Virus record (IMG/VR): IMGVR_UViG_3300037483_000742
Location: 28,013-92,012 of that record
Origin: a virus
Direction: 5' to 3' (one strand)
DNA: 64,000 nt
Part shown: positions 10,495 to 18,716 of the stretch, in pieces
Layout: each line of letters opens with the position of its first letter
How positions within the stretch are numbered: position 1 is the first letter of the stretch
Translations under genes and position numbers: made by a program
Notes under the pieces: generated by a model
Told to the model about the DNA's origin: nothing
Databases searched by the model: none
Seen by the model: only the letters and a program-made list of their open reading frames with translations

Positions 10495-10915
10495 ACTTTA
10501 TTTTTCTTTTATAATGAACTAAATCAGAATTTTTGTAAATGTAGTAAATTATTTCTGTACTACAACCTTCACTTCCTCTGCTTGTTCTGGTTTCTTTTAC
10601 TAACTTCCATTTATCTTTTTTGTAAGTTACTTCTTGCATTGATGCTAATTTTATCCAATTCTTTTTACTCAACATAGGAGGATAACAAGGTTTACTACAA
10701 GATTTATTTGCCATCTGTAAAGCTGTAGTTGTACATCCACACATCTGACAACTTCCTTGATCATAACAATCCGTGTTCATCACTTCTATTCTCATTTCAA
10801 TCTGATCTAAGATATGCCATCTTATTAACCATTGAAGTCTTGAGTAATAAAGTTTATACCTTAAATTACCAATCAAATAAGCTAAGATATTTTTAATTGT
10901 TTTCTTTTGTTCCAT
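10469..10915 (-). CDS. Cys-rich putative zinc-binding protein
   Basis: CYDQGSCQMCGC...KSCSKPC; likely start ATG 10915. Confidence 0.55.
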   Translation of the reverse strand: MEQKKTIKNILAYLIGNLRYKLYYSRLQWLIRWHILDQIEMRIEVMNTDCYDQGSCQMCGCTTTALQMANKSCSKPCYPPMLSKKNWIKLASMQEVTYKKDKWKLVKETRTSRGSEGCSTEIIYYIYKNSDLVHYKRKIKYGMGTDRN

Positions 10916-11186
10916 AGAAGATAGGCATACTTTTATTAACATCCACTTTACTTAAATCTACTACAGCCATCCTGTAACTTTCAACTGTTGCTCCATGTGC
11001 TTCATCAACTCTGTCAAATAAAGGATTTACTGCCATTGTAACTTCTACTTCAAATGGTTCTAGGTCTTGTAGTCCTTTAGGTTTAGGTATGTAGTTATCC
11101 CAATCTTCTTGAGTCCACCACTCTCTTTCAAAATCACCAACACCATTTGGATTAACTGTTAACTTTTGTGTTATAAAATCTGTCAT
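10893..11186 (-). CDS. Hypothetical protein
   Basis: 97 aa ORF tightly packed in the minus-strand operon. Confidence 0.55.
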   Translation of the reverse strand: MTDFITQKLTVNPNGVGDFEREWWTQEDWDNYIPKPKGLQDLEPFEVEVTMAVNPLFDRVDEAHGATVESYRMAVVDLSKVDVNKSMPIFYGTKENN

Positions 11187-11467
11187 ATCATATTATTTTG
11201 AAGTGATATAGTTATTTCTTTTACTCCATCAATCTTTATTTTTTCTGCCAGTTGTCTTTGGTATTCTAATATAAACTGATGCTTTATTTCTAATGCTAAT
11301 TCATATCCTCTACCATCATCCATTATCTTTATAGTCTTTCCTTTCTGCAATGCTAATACACCTTCTTTAACATTTTTCTCATATTGTTTTTGCTTCCAAT
11401 TATCTTCAAATTTTGGTTCAGGCATTATAACAGTTGGTTTTTGTCTTTTAAAAATTGTCCAATTCAT
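11183..11467 (-). CDS. Hypothetical protein
   Basis: Likely start ATG 11467 (MNWTIF); 4 nt overlap with the next gene. Confidence 0.55.
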   Translation of the reverse strand: MNWTIFKRQKPTVIMPEPKFEDNWKQKQYEKNVKEGVLALQKGKTIKIMDDGRGYELALEIKHQFILEYQRQLAEKIKIDGVKEITISLQNNMI

Positions 11468-11468
11468 A

Positions 11469-11774
11469 TTATTTAATATTAAGATATTTTTCAATCATTT
11501 CTTTAAACTCTTTGTGTTGCTCTGGAGTAATTAAATTCTTTTCTAATCTTTCATCCAATTGACTCAATTCAAACATTGCTTTCTTAGGATATACTTTGAA
11601 CTTACCAAAGAATTTTAATTTTATTTGAGGTAGTTCTCCTGACTCCATTTGCTGTTTTGTATACAGCCAGGGTGTAGATACTATCTCTTTGAATTGTTCA
11701 AAAGAAAGATGAGGATATTCATCTTTCTTCTTTAAATAGAAAGCTTCAAATAATTCTGGATTACTGAACTCCAT
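11469..11774 (-). CDS. IHF/HU-like DNA-binding protein
   Basis: Helix-helix then QIKLKFFGKFKV beta motif; IHF-like genes are a known part of the crAss capsid block. Confidence 0.65.
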   Translation of the reverse strand: MEFSNPELFEAFYLKKKDEYPHLSFEQFKEIVSTPWLYTKQQMESGELPQIKLKFFGKFKVYPKKAMFELSQLDERLEKNLITPEQHKEFKEMIEKYLNIK

Positions 11775-12075
11775 TCTTTACGAATTTAGGATCATCAATA
11801 AATATGGTAGTACCATTTACTTTAAAACTTTTATTGTATTCCATTTTATGTTCAAATTTTAATCTTCTCATTATACCTCTAAGAAGATTTGTTTGAACAG
11901 CAGAATGAGATTTCCAATCTGGATCAAGTATTAAAGTATTTCTATTCTTGGATTCAGAATTTAATCTTTCTATTTGTTTATTTGTAGGTACTTCAATAAT
12001 ACCTTCTGTAAAAAGAACTTGTATAGCATGATCTATAGTTCTTGTAGTTTTACCTGTCATTCTATTCTCTTCCAT
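11761..12075 (-). CDS. Hypothetical protein with N-terminal RMTGKTT P-loop-like motif
   Basis: 104 aa ORF in operon. Confidence 0.5.
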   Translation of the reverse strand: MEENRMTGKTTRTIDHAIQVLFTEGIIEVPTNKQIERLNSESKNRNTLILDPDWKSHSAVQTNLLRGIMRRLKFEHKMEYNKSFKVNGTTIFIDDPKFVKNGVQ

Positions 12076-12077
12076 AG

Positions 12078-12707
12078 TTAAGTCATTTTATGTGGTTTTT
12101 CATTAGCATCTTCTTGATCTTCGTCTCCTTCAAAATCATCTTCTGGATTTATTTTTGCAGCTTGATGAAATGCATTATCTGGAGTAACAGGATATTCTTG
12201 TTTATATTCTCTTGAAGATTTTGCATTTGGAACTACAAAATCTTCTTTGTTCAATTTTTCTTCTGCTAATTTATAAGCTTCTTCAGTTTGCTTATTAACT
12301 TGTTCTTGTAAAGGTTTCATTTTTTCTACAAGAGAAGTTTCTTCTACAGGTTTATATCCTATCTTAAATTCATATCCTTGTACATTACTTTTAGGTAACA
12401 TAAAATCTTTAATCTTTATTCTACCTGTAATTTTACTCTTAGATAAAAATCCTTTTTTTATCATTGATTTAAGATAATTACCTAAACCTCCTGCTGAAAG
12501 ATTATGTTTCTGCATAACCTTTTTTCTAACTACACTATTAAATCTATCATCTTCAACTAGCTTTTCATCTACTGACATAAAGCTTGCCAAAATAAGTATC
12601 TCTTTTTCTGTTAACTTATTTGGAAGAAGAGGATTAATAATAGCAAGATGTAATTCATAGAACTCTAGTCTAGATTTACATGGTATTGCCTTTCTAATTA
12701 CTTCCAT
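12078..12707 (-). CDS. Winged helix-turn-helix (MarR-like) regulator
   Basis: LTEKEILILA...LSAGGLGNYLKSMIKKGFL wHTH pattern, then a disordered tail. Confidence 0.6.
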   Translation of the reverse strand: MEVIRKAIPCKSRLEFYELHLAIINPLLPNKLTEKEILILASFMSVDEKLVEDDRFNSVVRKKVMQKHNLSAGGLGNYLKSMIKKGFLSKSKITGRIKIKDFMLPKSNVQGYEFKIGYKPVEETSLVEKMKPLQEQVNKQTEEAYKLAEEKLNKEDFVVPNAKSSREYKQEYPVTPDNAFHQAAKINPEDDFEGDEDQEDANEKPHKMT

Positions 12708-13093
12708 TATTTCTCTAATTTTTCTACTTTCTCCATTTGAATTTCATGCATAACTTGTGATGGAGTTTTAACTTTTAATTTGTTAACATATTCTATTAAT
12801 GTTTTAAAATCTTCTAGTTTATACAACAAATTTCTACTGTAATAACTAGCACCATCTTTATTAACAAATTCTGCATAAACACAACTCAATACTTGATCAT
12901 TAAAGTACACTGTACCTTCATCATAGCCAACAACTCTTGTCAAATCTATAGCAGAAACTCCCATGTAATCTTTGGTGTGGTAAAAGTTTGGGTCTATACC
13001 TAAATCTGAAGCTTTTTCCAATGCAAAATTTATCTCTGAAACTTCAATAGAGTCTGCATAAATTGATTGAAATTCTACTATATATTTTTCCAT
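12707..13093 (-). CDS. Hypothetical protein, first gene of the leftward operon
   Basis: 128 aa, AATTATG start, TAATG overlap with the next gene. Confidence 0.6.
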   Translation of the reverse strand: MEKYIVEFQSIYADSIEVSEINFALEKASDLGIDPNFYHTKDYMGVSAIDLTRVVGYDEGTVYFNDQVLSCVYAEFVNKDGASYYSRNLLYKLEDFKTLIEYVNKLKVKTPSQVMHEIQMEKVEKLEK

Positions 13094-13138
13094 AATTTTC
13101 TTTTAATTTACAATATTAAGAATTATTCTTAAACAATG

Positions 13139-13146
13139 CAAATATA
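13139..13146 (-). promoter_or_regulatory. Candidate -7 box (TATATTTG) for the leftward capsid/packaging operon
   Basis: TAnnTTTG match about 45 nt upstream of ATG 13093; no clear -33 element. Confidence 0.45.
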
Positions 13147-13206
13147 ATCTTTAATATACCACCAGAAATAAAAAATAATTATTTTACAAAATATTTTTAC
13201 AAAAGC

Positions 13207-13237
13207 TTGCAATTGTCATTTTTTTAGTATAACTTTG
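13207..13237 (+). promoter_or_regulatory. Bacteroidota sigma70-type promoter
   Basis: TTG (13207-13209), 20 nt spacer, TAACTTTG (13230-13237). Confidence 0.65.
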
Positions 13238-13240
13238 CCA

Positions 13241-13414
13241 AGTCTTGACTGGTCAAGGACAGACAAGTAAATATAAAAGGGAGCAGTGTGTAGATATTCT
13301 ATCTACTGAAGCCAAGTTTTCTTTGCTTACTTTCTTTTAGACTCTTGAAGACATAATTACTTGTGGGTGAGTAATTTATAGAAGTAAGAAGCTCTCTGTT
13401 CTGGAGGGCTTTTT
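13241..13414 (+). ncRNA. Candidate ~175 nt small RNA
   Basis: Bounded by the consensus promoter and a terminator (AAGCTCTCTG-TTC-TGGAGGGCTTTTT, 13389-13414); internal hairpins; no ATG ORF seen. Confidence 0.5.
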
Positions 13415-13592
13415 GCATTATATATGGCAAAATGTAATACTGGTAAAAATTTTAGCCAGGGCATACTTCTTTTGGAAAAAATTTTTTGAGGAAAATTTAT
13501 AAGAGTGTGATACTCCCTACACAAACACACCCCCTCACTTCACAGTTTTAAATACCCCCACCAAGTTTTAGTACTAACTAAATTTCCAAGCC

Positions 13593-13898
13593 ATGTATAA
13601 ATTCAAAAAGAATCTCTTCCCAATGATCTTGTTGTTCCTGCTTGCTCTCTCTGCTGTGACACTGTTCTTGGTGTCAACACCAGTGCAAGATGTTTCTGGT
13701 ATCATTGTGTCTCAGTCTGAGATGGAGGCAGCATTGCAAGATGCTTCTCAAACAATGTTGGTATTATGCATTGTTGTTGGCCTGTGTTACATGCACAGTA
13801 GTGCAGTAGCCAAGCAAGTAAGGAAGCCTAAGAAGGCAGCACCTACTAAAGAAAGGCAAGTAGAAAGGCATGTGTCCTATATGGGCATCAAAGTCTAA
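13593..13898 (+). CDS. Small two-TM membrane protein, first gene of the rightward region
   Basis: 101 aa, two hydrophobic segments, basic tail. Confidence 0.6.
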   Translation: MYKFKKNLFPMILLFLLALSAVTLFLVSTPVQDVSGIIVSQSEMEAALQDASQTMLVLCIVVGLCYMHSSAVAKQVRKPKKAAPTKERQVERHVSYMGIKV

Positions 13899-14060
13899 CA
13901 TGTCTGCAAAACCCCCTCTTATCTTTAGTAGTTCTACACCACATTTGGTACATATTCCCAGTGCAACAGTAAAGGGTACATCTGCTTGGCGAGGCCATTG
14001 CTGTTGCCGGAATATTCCAAAACCAATTCACCTATTTATTAACATCTAAAACCTTACAGC

Positions 14061-14132
14061 ATGAAGAAAGCAATGATCATCCACAATGGTTGCATTACAC
14101 ATCCTGATTGGCTCCACAATCCTAATGCATAA
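14061..14132 (+). CDS. 23 aa peptide MKKAMIIHNGCITHPDWLHNPNA
   Basis: Read by hand; lies between repeat copy 2 and a terminator. Confidence 0.35.
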   Translation: MKKAMIIHNGCITHPDWLHNPNA

Positions 14133-14141
14133 TTCCAACTG

Positions 14142-14183
14142 AAGCTGGCAACCTGAATGGTTGCTGGCTTTATCTTTATTTTT
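14142..14183 (+). terminator. Rho-independent terminator
   Basis: AAGCTGGCAACC-TGAAT-GGTTGCTGGCTT then a T-rich tract. Confidence 0.65.
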
Positions 14184-14258
14184 ACCTACCTGCAAAACCC
14201 CCTCTAAGTTTAGATATAAATCAATTTCACAAATTACTCACAATTAAATCAATTCATT

Positions 14259-14543
14259 ATGTTAGAATTAACCGTAGAGTCTTCAACCAAGACTAAAAAT
14301 GACAACTTCTGCAACAAGTTGGTGTCAAAAACCATTGCCAAAGTAGAGACTGATTTTGGTACTGTTGAATCAGAGCGCACTGTAGCCTATTACCTGTTCA
14401 CCAACAAGGAGAACCCAAAAGGTATGAAGGCAAAGATGAACCTGGAGCTTTTCGATGTGGTAGAGAAATCTTACCCATTCATTGATGAGCAAGGAGAGGC
14501 GCAAGAAGCTACCTTGAAATACCTTTATCCTAAACGAGGATAA
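14259..14543 (+). CDS. Hypothetical early protein (beta-rich)
   Basis: 94 aa, between repeat copy 3 and a terminator. Confidence 0.7.
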   Translation: MLELTVESSTKTKNDNFCNKLVSKTIAKVETDFGTVESERTVAYYLFTNKENPKGMKAKMNLELFDVVEKSYPFIDEQGEAQEATLKYLYPKRG

Positions 14544-14552
14544 TTAGGATTG

Positions 14553-14587
14553 AGCCAGTGACCCATTAGGGTTGCTGGCTTTATTTA
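14553..14587 (+). terminator. Rho-independent terminator
   Basis: AGCCAGTGACCC-ATTA-GGGTTGCTGGCT-TTATTT; shares its 3' arm with the 14142 terminator. Confidence 0.65.
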
Positions 14588-15001
14588 ATCACTTAATATG
14601 TTAGCCAGCCCCAACATTGAAATATGATTAGGCTACAGGATTGAATATATTAATGAATCTTAAATTGAGTATGATATAATGAATAGGATGAGCCAGGATC
14701 ATTTGGCTCTCTGCTTAATTTGTATTACCTACAGGCAATACCCCCACTAATTTTAAGCTGTTAAACTTAGCAGAGATATGTTTAATGTATTATATATTGA
14801 TGAATTGAAATCAGTAAGATGTTTTTGATTGATTAAATGATTACATTAGCCGAAATTGATTAGGATTGAGAGATTAATTTAGTGTTCATGATTGTGCCAC
14901 TACACCTCATCAACCAAATTGATTCATTTTAGCCTTGCATAAAATATTAATCTATTACCAATATAGCCCTATTTTATTAATCCATTCTAAACTCCACATT
15001 T

Positions 15002-15442
15002 ATGAATACTTATATCTATCCACAATTTAAAGACTTACCTGCAACTCAAGTTGCATTAGATAAGATCGAAAAGCTTAAAGAAATTCATCAATTAGCTATG
15101 GATGCTATTAAAGCAGAATTAAAAGTAGCAGAAGATAAATTCATTGCTGAAAGAGCTAAAAGAAGAGAAGAAGTTATTTGGGATTTCACAATGTCAGAAC
15201 CTACAATTAATGAGTTTGGAAAACATTATCATATTAGCAGAATGGCATTAAATCCATTAGCAGGAGATGATGAGTTTTATAAAACTATTAATTATCAATC
15301 ATTCAAAATTGTTAATAATGTATTCATAGCAACTGGAGGGGGATATATACTTCCAGTTAATTCAGGACACATATTAACTAAAGAAGAGATTGATATGTTA
15401 GATAATAACATTGTACCTGAAGTTCTTAAAAGAACAAAATAA
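15002..15442 (+). CDS. Hypothetical protein
   Basis: 146 aa ORF followed by a terminator. Confidence 0.7.
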   Translation: MNTYIYPQFKDLPATQVALDKIEKLKEIHQLAMDAIKAELKVAEDKFIAERAKRREEVIWDFTMSEPTINEFGKHYHISRMALNPLAGDDEFYKTINYQSFKIVNNVFIATGGGYILPVNSGHILTKEEIDMLDNNIVPEVLKRTK

Positions 15443-15449
15443 AACTAAT

Positions 15450-15481
15450 AAGAATGGGAGCATAATAACTCCCATTCTTTT
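15450..15481 (+). terminator. Rho-independent terminator
   Basis: AAGAATGGGAG-CATAATAA-CTCCCATTCTTTT. Confidence 0.7.
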
Positions 15482-15492
15482 ACACTAATATT

Positions 15493-15642
15493 ATGGAAGA
15501 AGAGAGAGAAAAGAAAGAACTATTACAATCAATGTATAAAGTCCTATTAGCCTGGCAACTTGATGAAGAATGTTGTATTACTGAATATAAAGCTTCAGTT
15601 GGAGCTATGGAAGATATTAAACAAGTATTTCAATTAACCTAA
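15493..15642 (+). CDS. Hypothetical 49 aa protein
   Basis: Read by hand: MEEEREKRKELLQSMYKVLLAWQLDEECC... Confidence 0.45.
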   Translation: MEEEREKKELLQSMYKVLLAWQLDEECCITEYKASVGAMEDIKQVFQLT

Positions 15643-15647
15643 CTATT

Positions 15648-16043
15648 ATGAACTTATCTAAAGCAATTAAAGTATTTGGGATATTGTATATACTTATCTC
15701 CTTATTCAATTTAGGTGTAGTTATCATGTATGTTATTACAGACAATATGATTATTGCAATTCCTATAACTATTTGTTGGATCATCTTAACAACAATCTTT
15801 GTTATATTCATACTAAATCAACCACCTATATTCAGATTCATAGGTAAGTATGATAATATTACAAGACCTCAATTACCTTATAAAAGACCACTAACAGAAG
15901 ATGAAATGATTACATTAAGAACCTATTATCCTGAATTTGGATGGACTACTCATGTTGATAACAGAGGACACATCCTATTAAATGGAGGAATGGATAATAG
16001 TGCAATACATTACACAACTCCTGAACACTTAGCAAAATATTAA
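15648..16043 (+). CDS. Membrane protein (2 TM)
   Basis: 131 aa, two N-terminal hydrophobic helices. Confidence 0.6.
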   Translation: MNLSKAIKVFGILYILISLFNLGVVIMYVITDNMIIAIPITICWIILTTIFVIFILNQPPIFRFIGKYDNITRPQLPYKRPLTEDEMITLRTYYPEFGWTTHVDNRGHILLNGGMDNSAIHYTTPEHLAKY

Positions 16044-16064
16044 CCCTTAAAAACATCCACAATT

Positions 16065-16379
16065 ATGGTAACAACAATTTTAGTATTATGTGCATCCTTC
16101 ATATTAGGTTGTATCTTAACTCTTGCATTTAGCTGGATATTCACACCACATAAAAATCATGTGAATCCTGCTTTATTTATGGTTCAATCTGTATCATTTA
16201 TGATTATTGCAATCTTAATGTATTATTGGCCTGAACAACAAGAAGCTCCTCTACCTTCAGATTACATTATCAATCTTGAACAAGATAGTGTTCATATTGA
16301 TACAGAAGATGGAAGATGTTTGATGTTTCATGCAGACAGTATAGATATTGATGAATTTATTATTCAAGATAATCTCTAA
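16065..16379 (+). CDS. Membrane protein (2 TM)
   Basis: 104 aa, two hydrophobic helices, acidic C-terminal domain. Confidence 0.6.
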   Translation: MVTTILVLCASFILGCILTLAFSWIFTPHKNHVNPALFMVQSVSFMIIAILMYYWPEQQEAPLPSDYIINLEQDSVHIDTEDGRCLMFHADSIDIDEFIIQDNL

Positions 16380-16518
16380 ACCTATGAAAAAACCATCCCA
16401 CAAAAAACAACCTTTATTACCAATAATCTTAAAACAATTATTGCTACTAAAGAAGAAACAACCATCTATAGGAAATATAGATATTCGTTTAGCAAGATCA
16501 TTATCACTTTAAAATCCT

Positions 16519-16644
16519 AAACTCTTATCCAATTGCAGACGCATTAGCTAATTACTAATGATAATGGGTGTAAAGCTAAATGACTATCAACTTAGCTCAG
16601 ATTCTGTATAATAGCCAGATTAAGGTGCAACCTTATAAGAGTTT
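16519..16644 (+). ncRNA. Candidate tRNA-like structured RNA
   Basis: AAACTCTTA/TAAGAGTTT closing stem, internal hairpins, TAAGG-TGCAA-CCTTA T-arm-like hairpin next to the 3' strand. Confidence 0.35.
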
Positions 16645-17039
16645 ATTTTTAATTTATCCACCTAAAACCTATCATCATGCAAATCCACATTGTATTTATC
16701 AATGTTCACGCATGTAGTGTCTTTCCTTCATTTTACCCTCAATCTTATATCTCCATATATAGTATTCTCGTAAGAGAAATTATACCAGTGTGGTGGGCAT
16801 ATCTTTTTCCAATTATCTACAAAATGATTGGAATTGGAGCCTGGGATTCAAGGTTAGTTCCTTGGATTCATGTATACAGTCAAGGTATAAATACGGTAGC
16901 CTGAAAGTTAAAATATCAGATTTCTGAAGATTATGTATTCTGAAAACTAAATAAGCTCATTATGGATTTAACTCTAAATACACCGAGCTAGTATTTTAAT
17001 GAATAAGAGACCTACATTGAACATAGTCAATCTTATAGA

Positions 17040-17080
17040 AAGGTTCCTGTTGCTCTAGATAGTAACAGGAACCTTGTTTT
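17040..17080 (+). terminator. Rho-independent terminator
   Basis: AAGGTTCCTGTTGCT-CTAGAT-AGTAACAGGAACCTT-GTTTT. Confidence 0.7.
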
Positions 17081-17102
17081 ATTAACCCTCACAATCCAAA
17101 GT

Positions 17103-17495
17103 ATGAAAAGACCTAACATCAAAGTATACTATTGTATTACTAGACATGGTATTATTCAATTTCCTAAAGAATTAGCATCAAGTAATCAATGTGTAATTGA
17201 AGGTCATGATAAATACTATTACACCTGTAAAATCCACACCGACAATAAAAAATTAGATTCACAAGGATTCATTATTGATCATAATGATATTGATTCAACA
17301 ATCACTAAAGAACTTATCAGAAAGCAATTCACAGGTTCATGTGAATTGATGGCTGAAGCAATGATTGCTTTAGTTATCAAAATGCTCAAAAAGAAAAAGC
17401 AAAGATTCAAATCTATTGAAATTATCTTAAAAGGTAAACTTAATGATAGTCCTGCTTTTATTACAGCAAACTACATCAATAAAAACTTTAAATAA
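17103..17495 (+). CDS. QueD/PTPS-like T-fold protein (divergent)
   Basis: QCVIEGHDKY resembles CxxxHGHxY; LDSQGFIIDHNDI resembles GxVxDFxxL; GSCELMAEA resembles TxExLA. Confidence 0.5.
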   Translation: MKRPNIKVYYCITRHGIIQFPKELASSNQCVIEGHDKYYYTCKIHTDNKKLDSQGFIIDHNDIDSTITKELIRKQFTGSCELMAEAMIALVIKMLKKKKQRFKSIEIILKGKLNDSPAFITANYINKNFK

Positions 17496-17502
17496 AAACG
17501 TT

Positions 17503-18183
17503 ATGACAACTAAAGCGAACAGCACAGTAAGTCTAAAAACATCTCAAGGAGATGTAAGAGTCAAAAAAGGAAAACTAATACTTATTAAAAAAGATTTATT
17601 TCCTGAAATAGGTATGATTGGTAGTAATGAAGTTCATCCATTATTTATATGGACCAACCAACACAAACAAAATTGTTTGAAATTAGTTGAATACAAACAT
17701 TCTCAATTAATGTTAACAATTATCATATCTGAAACAGATCAGATTGAAAATGGTCACATGATGTGGGATTCTATCAATAATCATATTGTGAAATGCACTG
17801 ATGCAGAACTGAAAGAAAATGTTTTATCTGATGAGACAAGAATGGCTTATCATAGAAGTTCTACATTCAAAATATTAGCAATGCCTACAAACTTTTCACC
17901 TAAACAATTACAAGCAATTGTAGATGGTAAGATGAAAAATGGTGATGAAGTATACGTTCAATGTAAGAGAGTAGGTTATCAGCATATGTCAGCAGATTTT
18001 GTTGACCTGGATTCTAACAATCATATTACTCTTCATAAAGTTGAACAAAAAATGTATACTAAAGAAGAAATTGAATCTAAATGCAAAGACTATCTAAATG
18101 CTTATCTTGCAAATATAGCAGGTAATAAGTCTACAATAATTGATACATTCAACAGTGATGAATGGTTTCAAAAACATCTATAA
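17503..18183 (+). CDS. Hypothetical protein
   Basis: Likely start ATG 17503 (track 17443); about 226 aa. Confidence 0.65.
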   Translation: MTTKANSTVSLKTSQGDVRVKKGKLILIKKDLFPEIGMIGSNEVHPLFIWTNQHKQNCLKLVEYKHSQLMLTIIISETDQIENGHMMWDSINNHIVKCTDAELKENVLSDETRMAYHRSSTFKILAMPTNFSPKQLQAIVDGKMKNGDEVYVQCKRVGYQHMSADFVDLDSNNHITLHKVEQKMYTKEEIESKCKDYLNAYLANIAGNKSTIIDTFNSDEWFQKHL

Positions 18184-18193
18184 AAATATTCCC

Positions 18194-18428
18194 ATAAGCT
18201 TTGCGAATCTGATGAAGGTACTGAAGCAACGAGGGCTAACTCGGAGAACCTGAATTAACAGGATGGGTGTATCATTTAATTACAATAACAGGTGTCACAT
18301 TCCAGCCCTGAAAGAATCCATTTGAAGCTATGGATAAATACATGGACTGCCTTCTATGTATTGAATGATAAGTTAAACTAAAAGCCTTTAATGCTTATCA
18401 ATTTTAAGACTAACAGTGTAGAGCTTAT
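18194..18428 (+). ncRNA. Candidate ~235 nt multi-branch structured RNA
   Basis: 11 bp closing stem and at least five internal helices filling the intergenic gap. Confidence 0.5.
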
Positions 18429-18458
18429 TGTAATTGAATAACCTTTAAAAATTTAATT

Positions 18459-18716
18459 ATGCAATGCAAACATATACCTGACAAACCAATATTAGAGTTT
18501 CTGTTACAACATAAACCTAAATGGTGTAATTGGTATTTCGGAGATGAAAGAGATGTACATAAAGCAATGCCAGAAAATATTCCAAATAAACTTGTTATTA
18601 ATAAAATGAGACAACTTATAAGAAGAGGAATAGTTACAGGATGTGGTTGCGGATGTAGAGGAGACTTTGAAATAACACCAAAAGGTGAAGAATTACTTAA
18701 AACTTTGGTCTCATAG
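18459..18716 (+). CDS. Small wHTH-like protein with GCGCGCRGD motif
   Basis: 85 aa; KMRQLIRRGIVTGCGCGCRGDFEITPKGEE; stop codon lies inside tRNA-Arg. Confidence 0.65.
   Translation: MQCKHIPDKPILEFLLQHKPKWCNWYFGDERDVHKAMPENIPNKLVINKMRQLIRRGIVTGCGCGCRGDFEITPKGEELLKTLVS

Larger units (their letters stand above)
13550..14757 (+). repeat. Four dispersed direct copies of AAWACCCCCWC(n)TTWAG (candidate phage-RNAP early promoters)
   Basis: ACCCCC cores at 13554, 13911, 14197 and 14740, all intergenic and in the same orientation; degenerate fifth copy at 13529. Confidence 0.7.

Noticed and set aside
13529-14757. The C5 repeats as a CRISPR or mini-array
   Set aside because: Spacing is 280-550 nt, irregular and contains genes; the repeats are degenerate; no cas genes are present.
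18209-18230. CTGATGA as a hammerhead ribozyme core
   Set aside because: Followed by GAAG rather than GAAA, and no convincing stems I and III with an NUH site.
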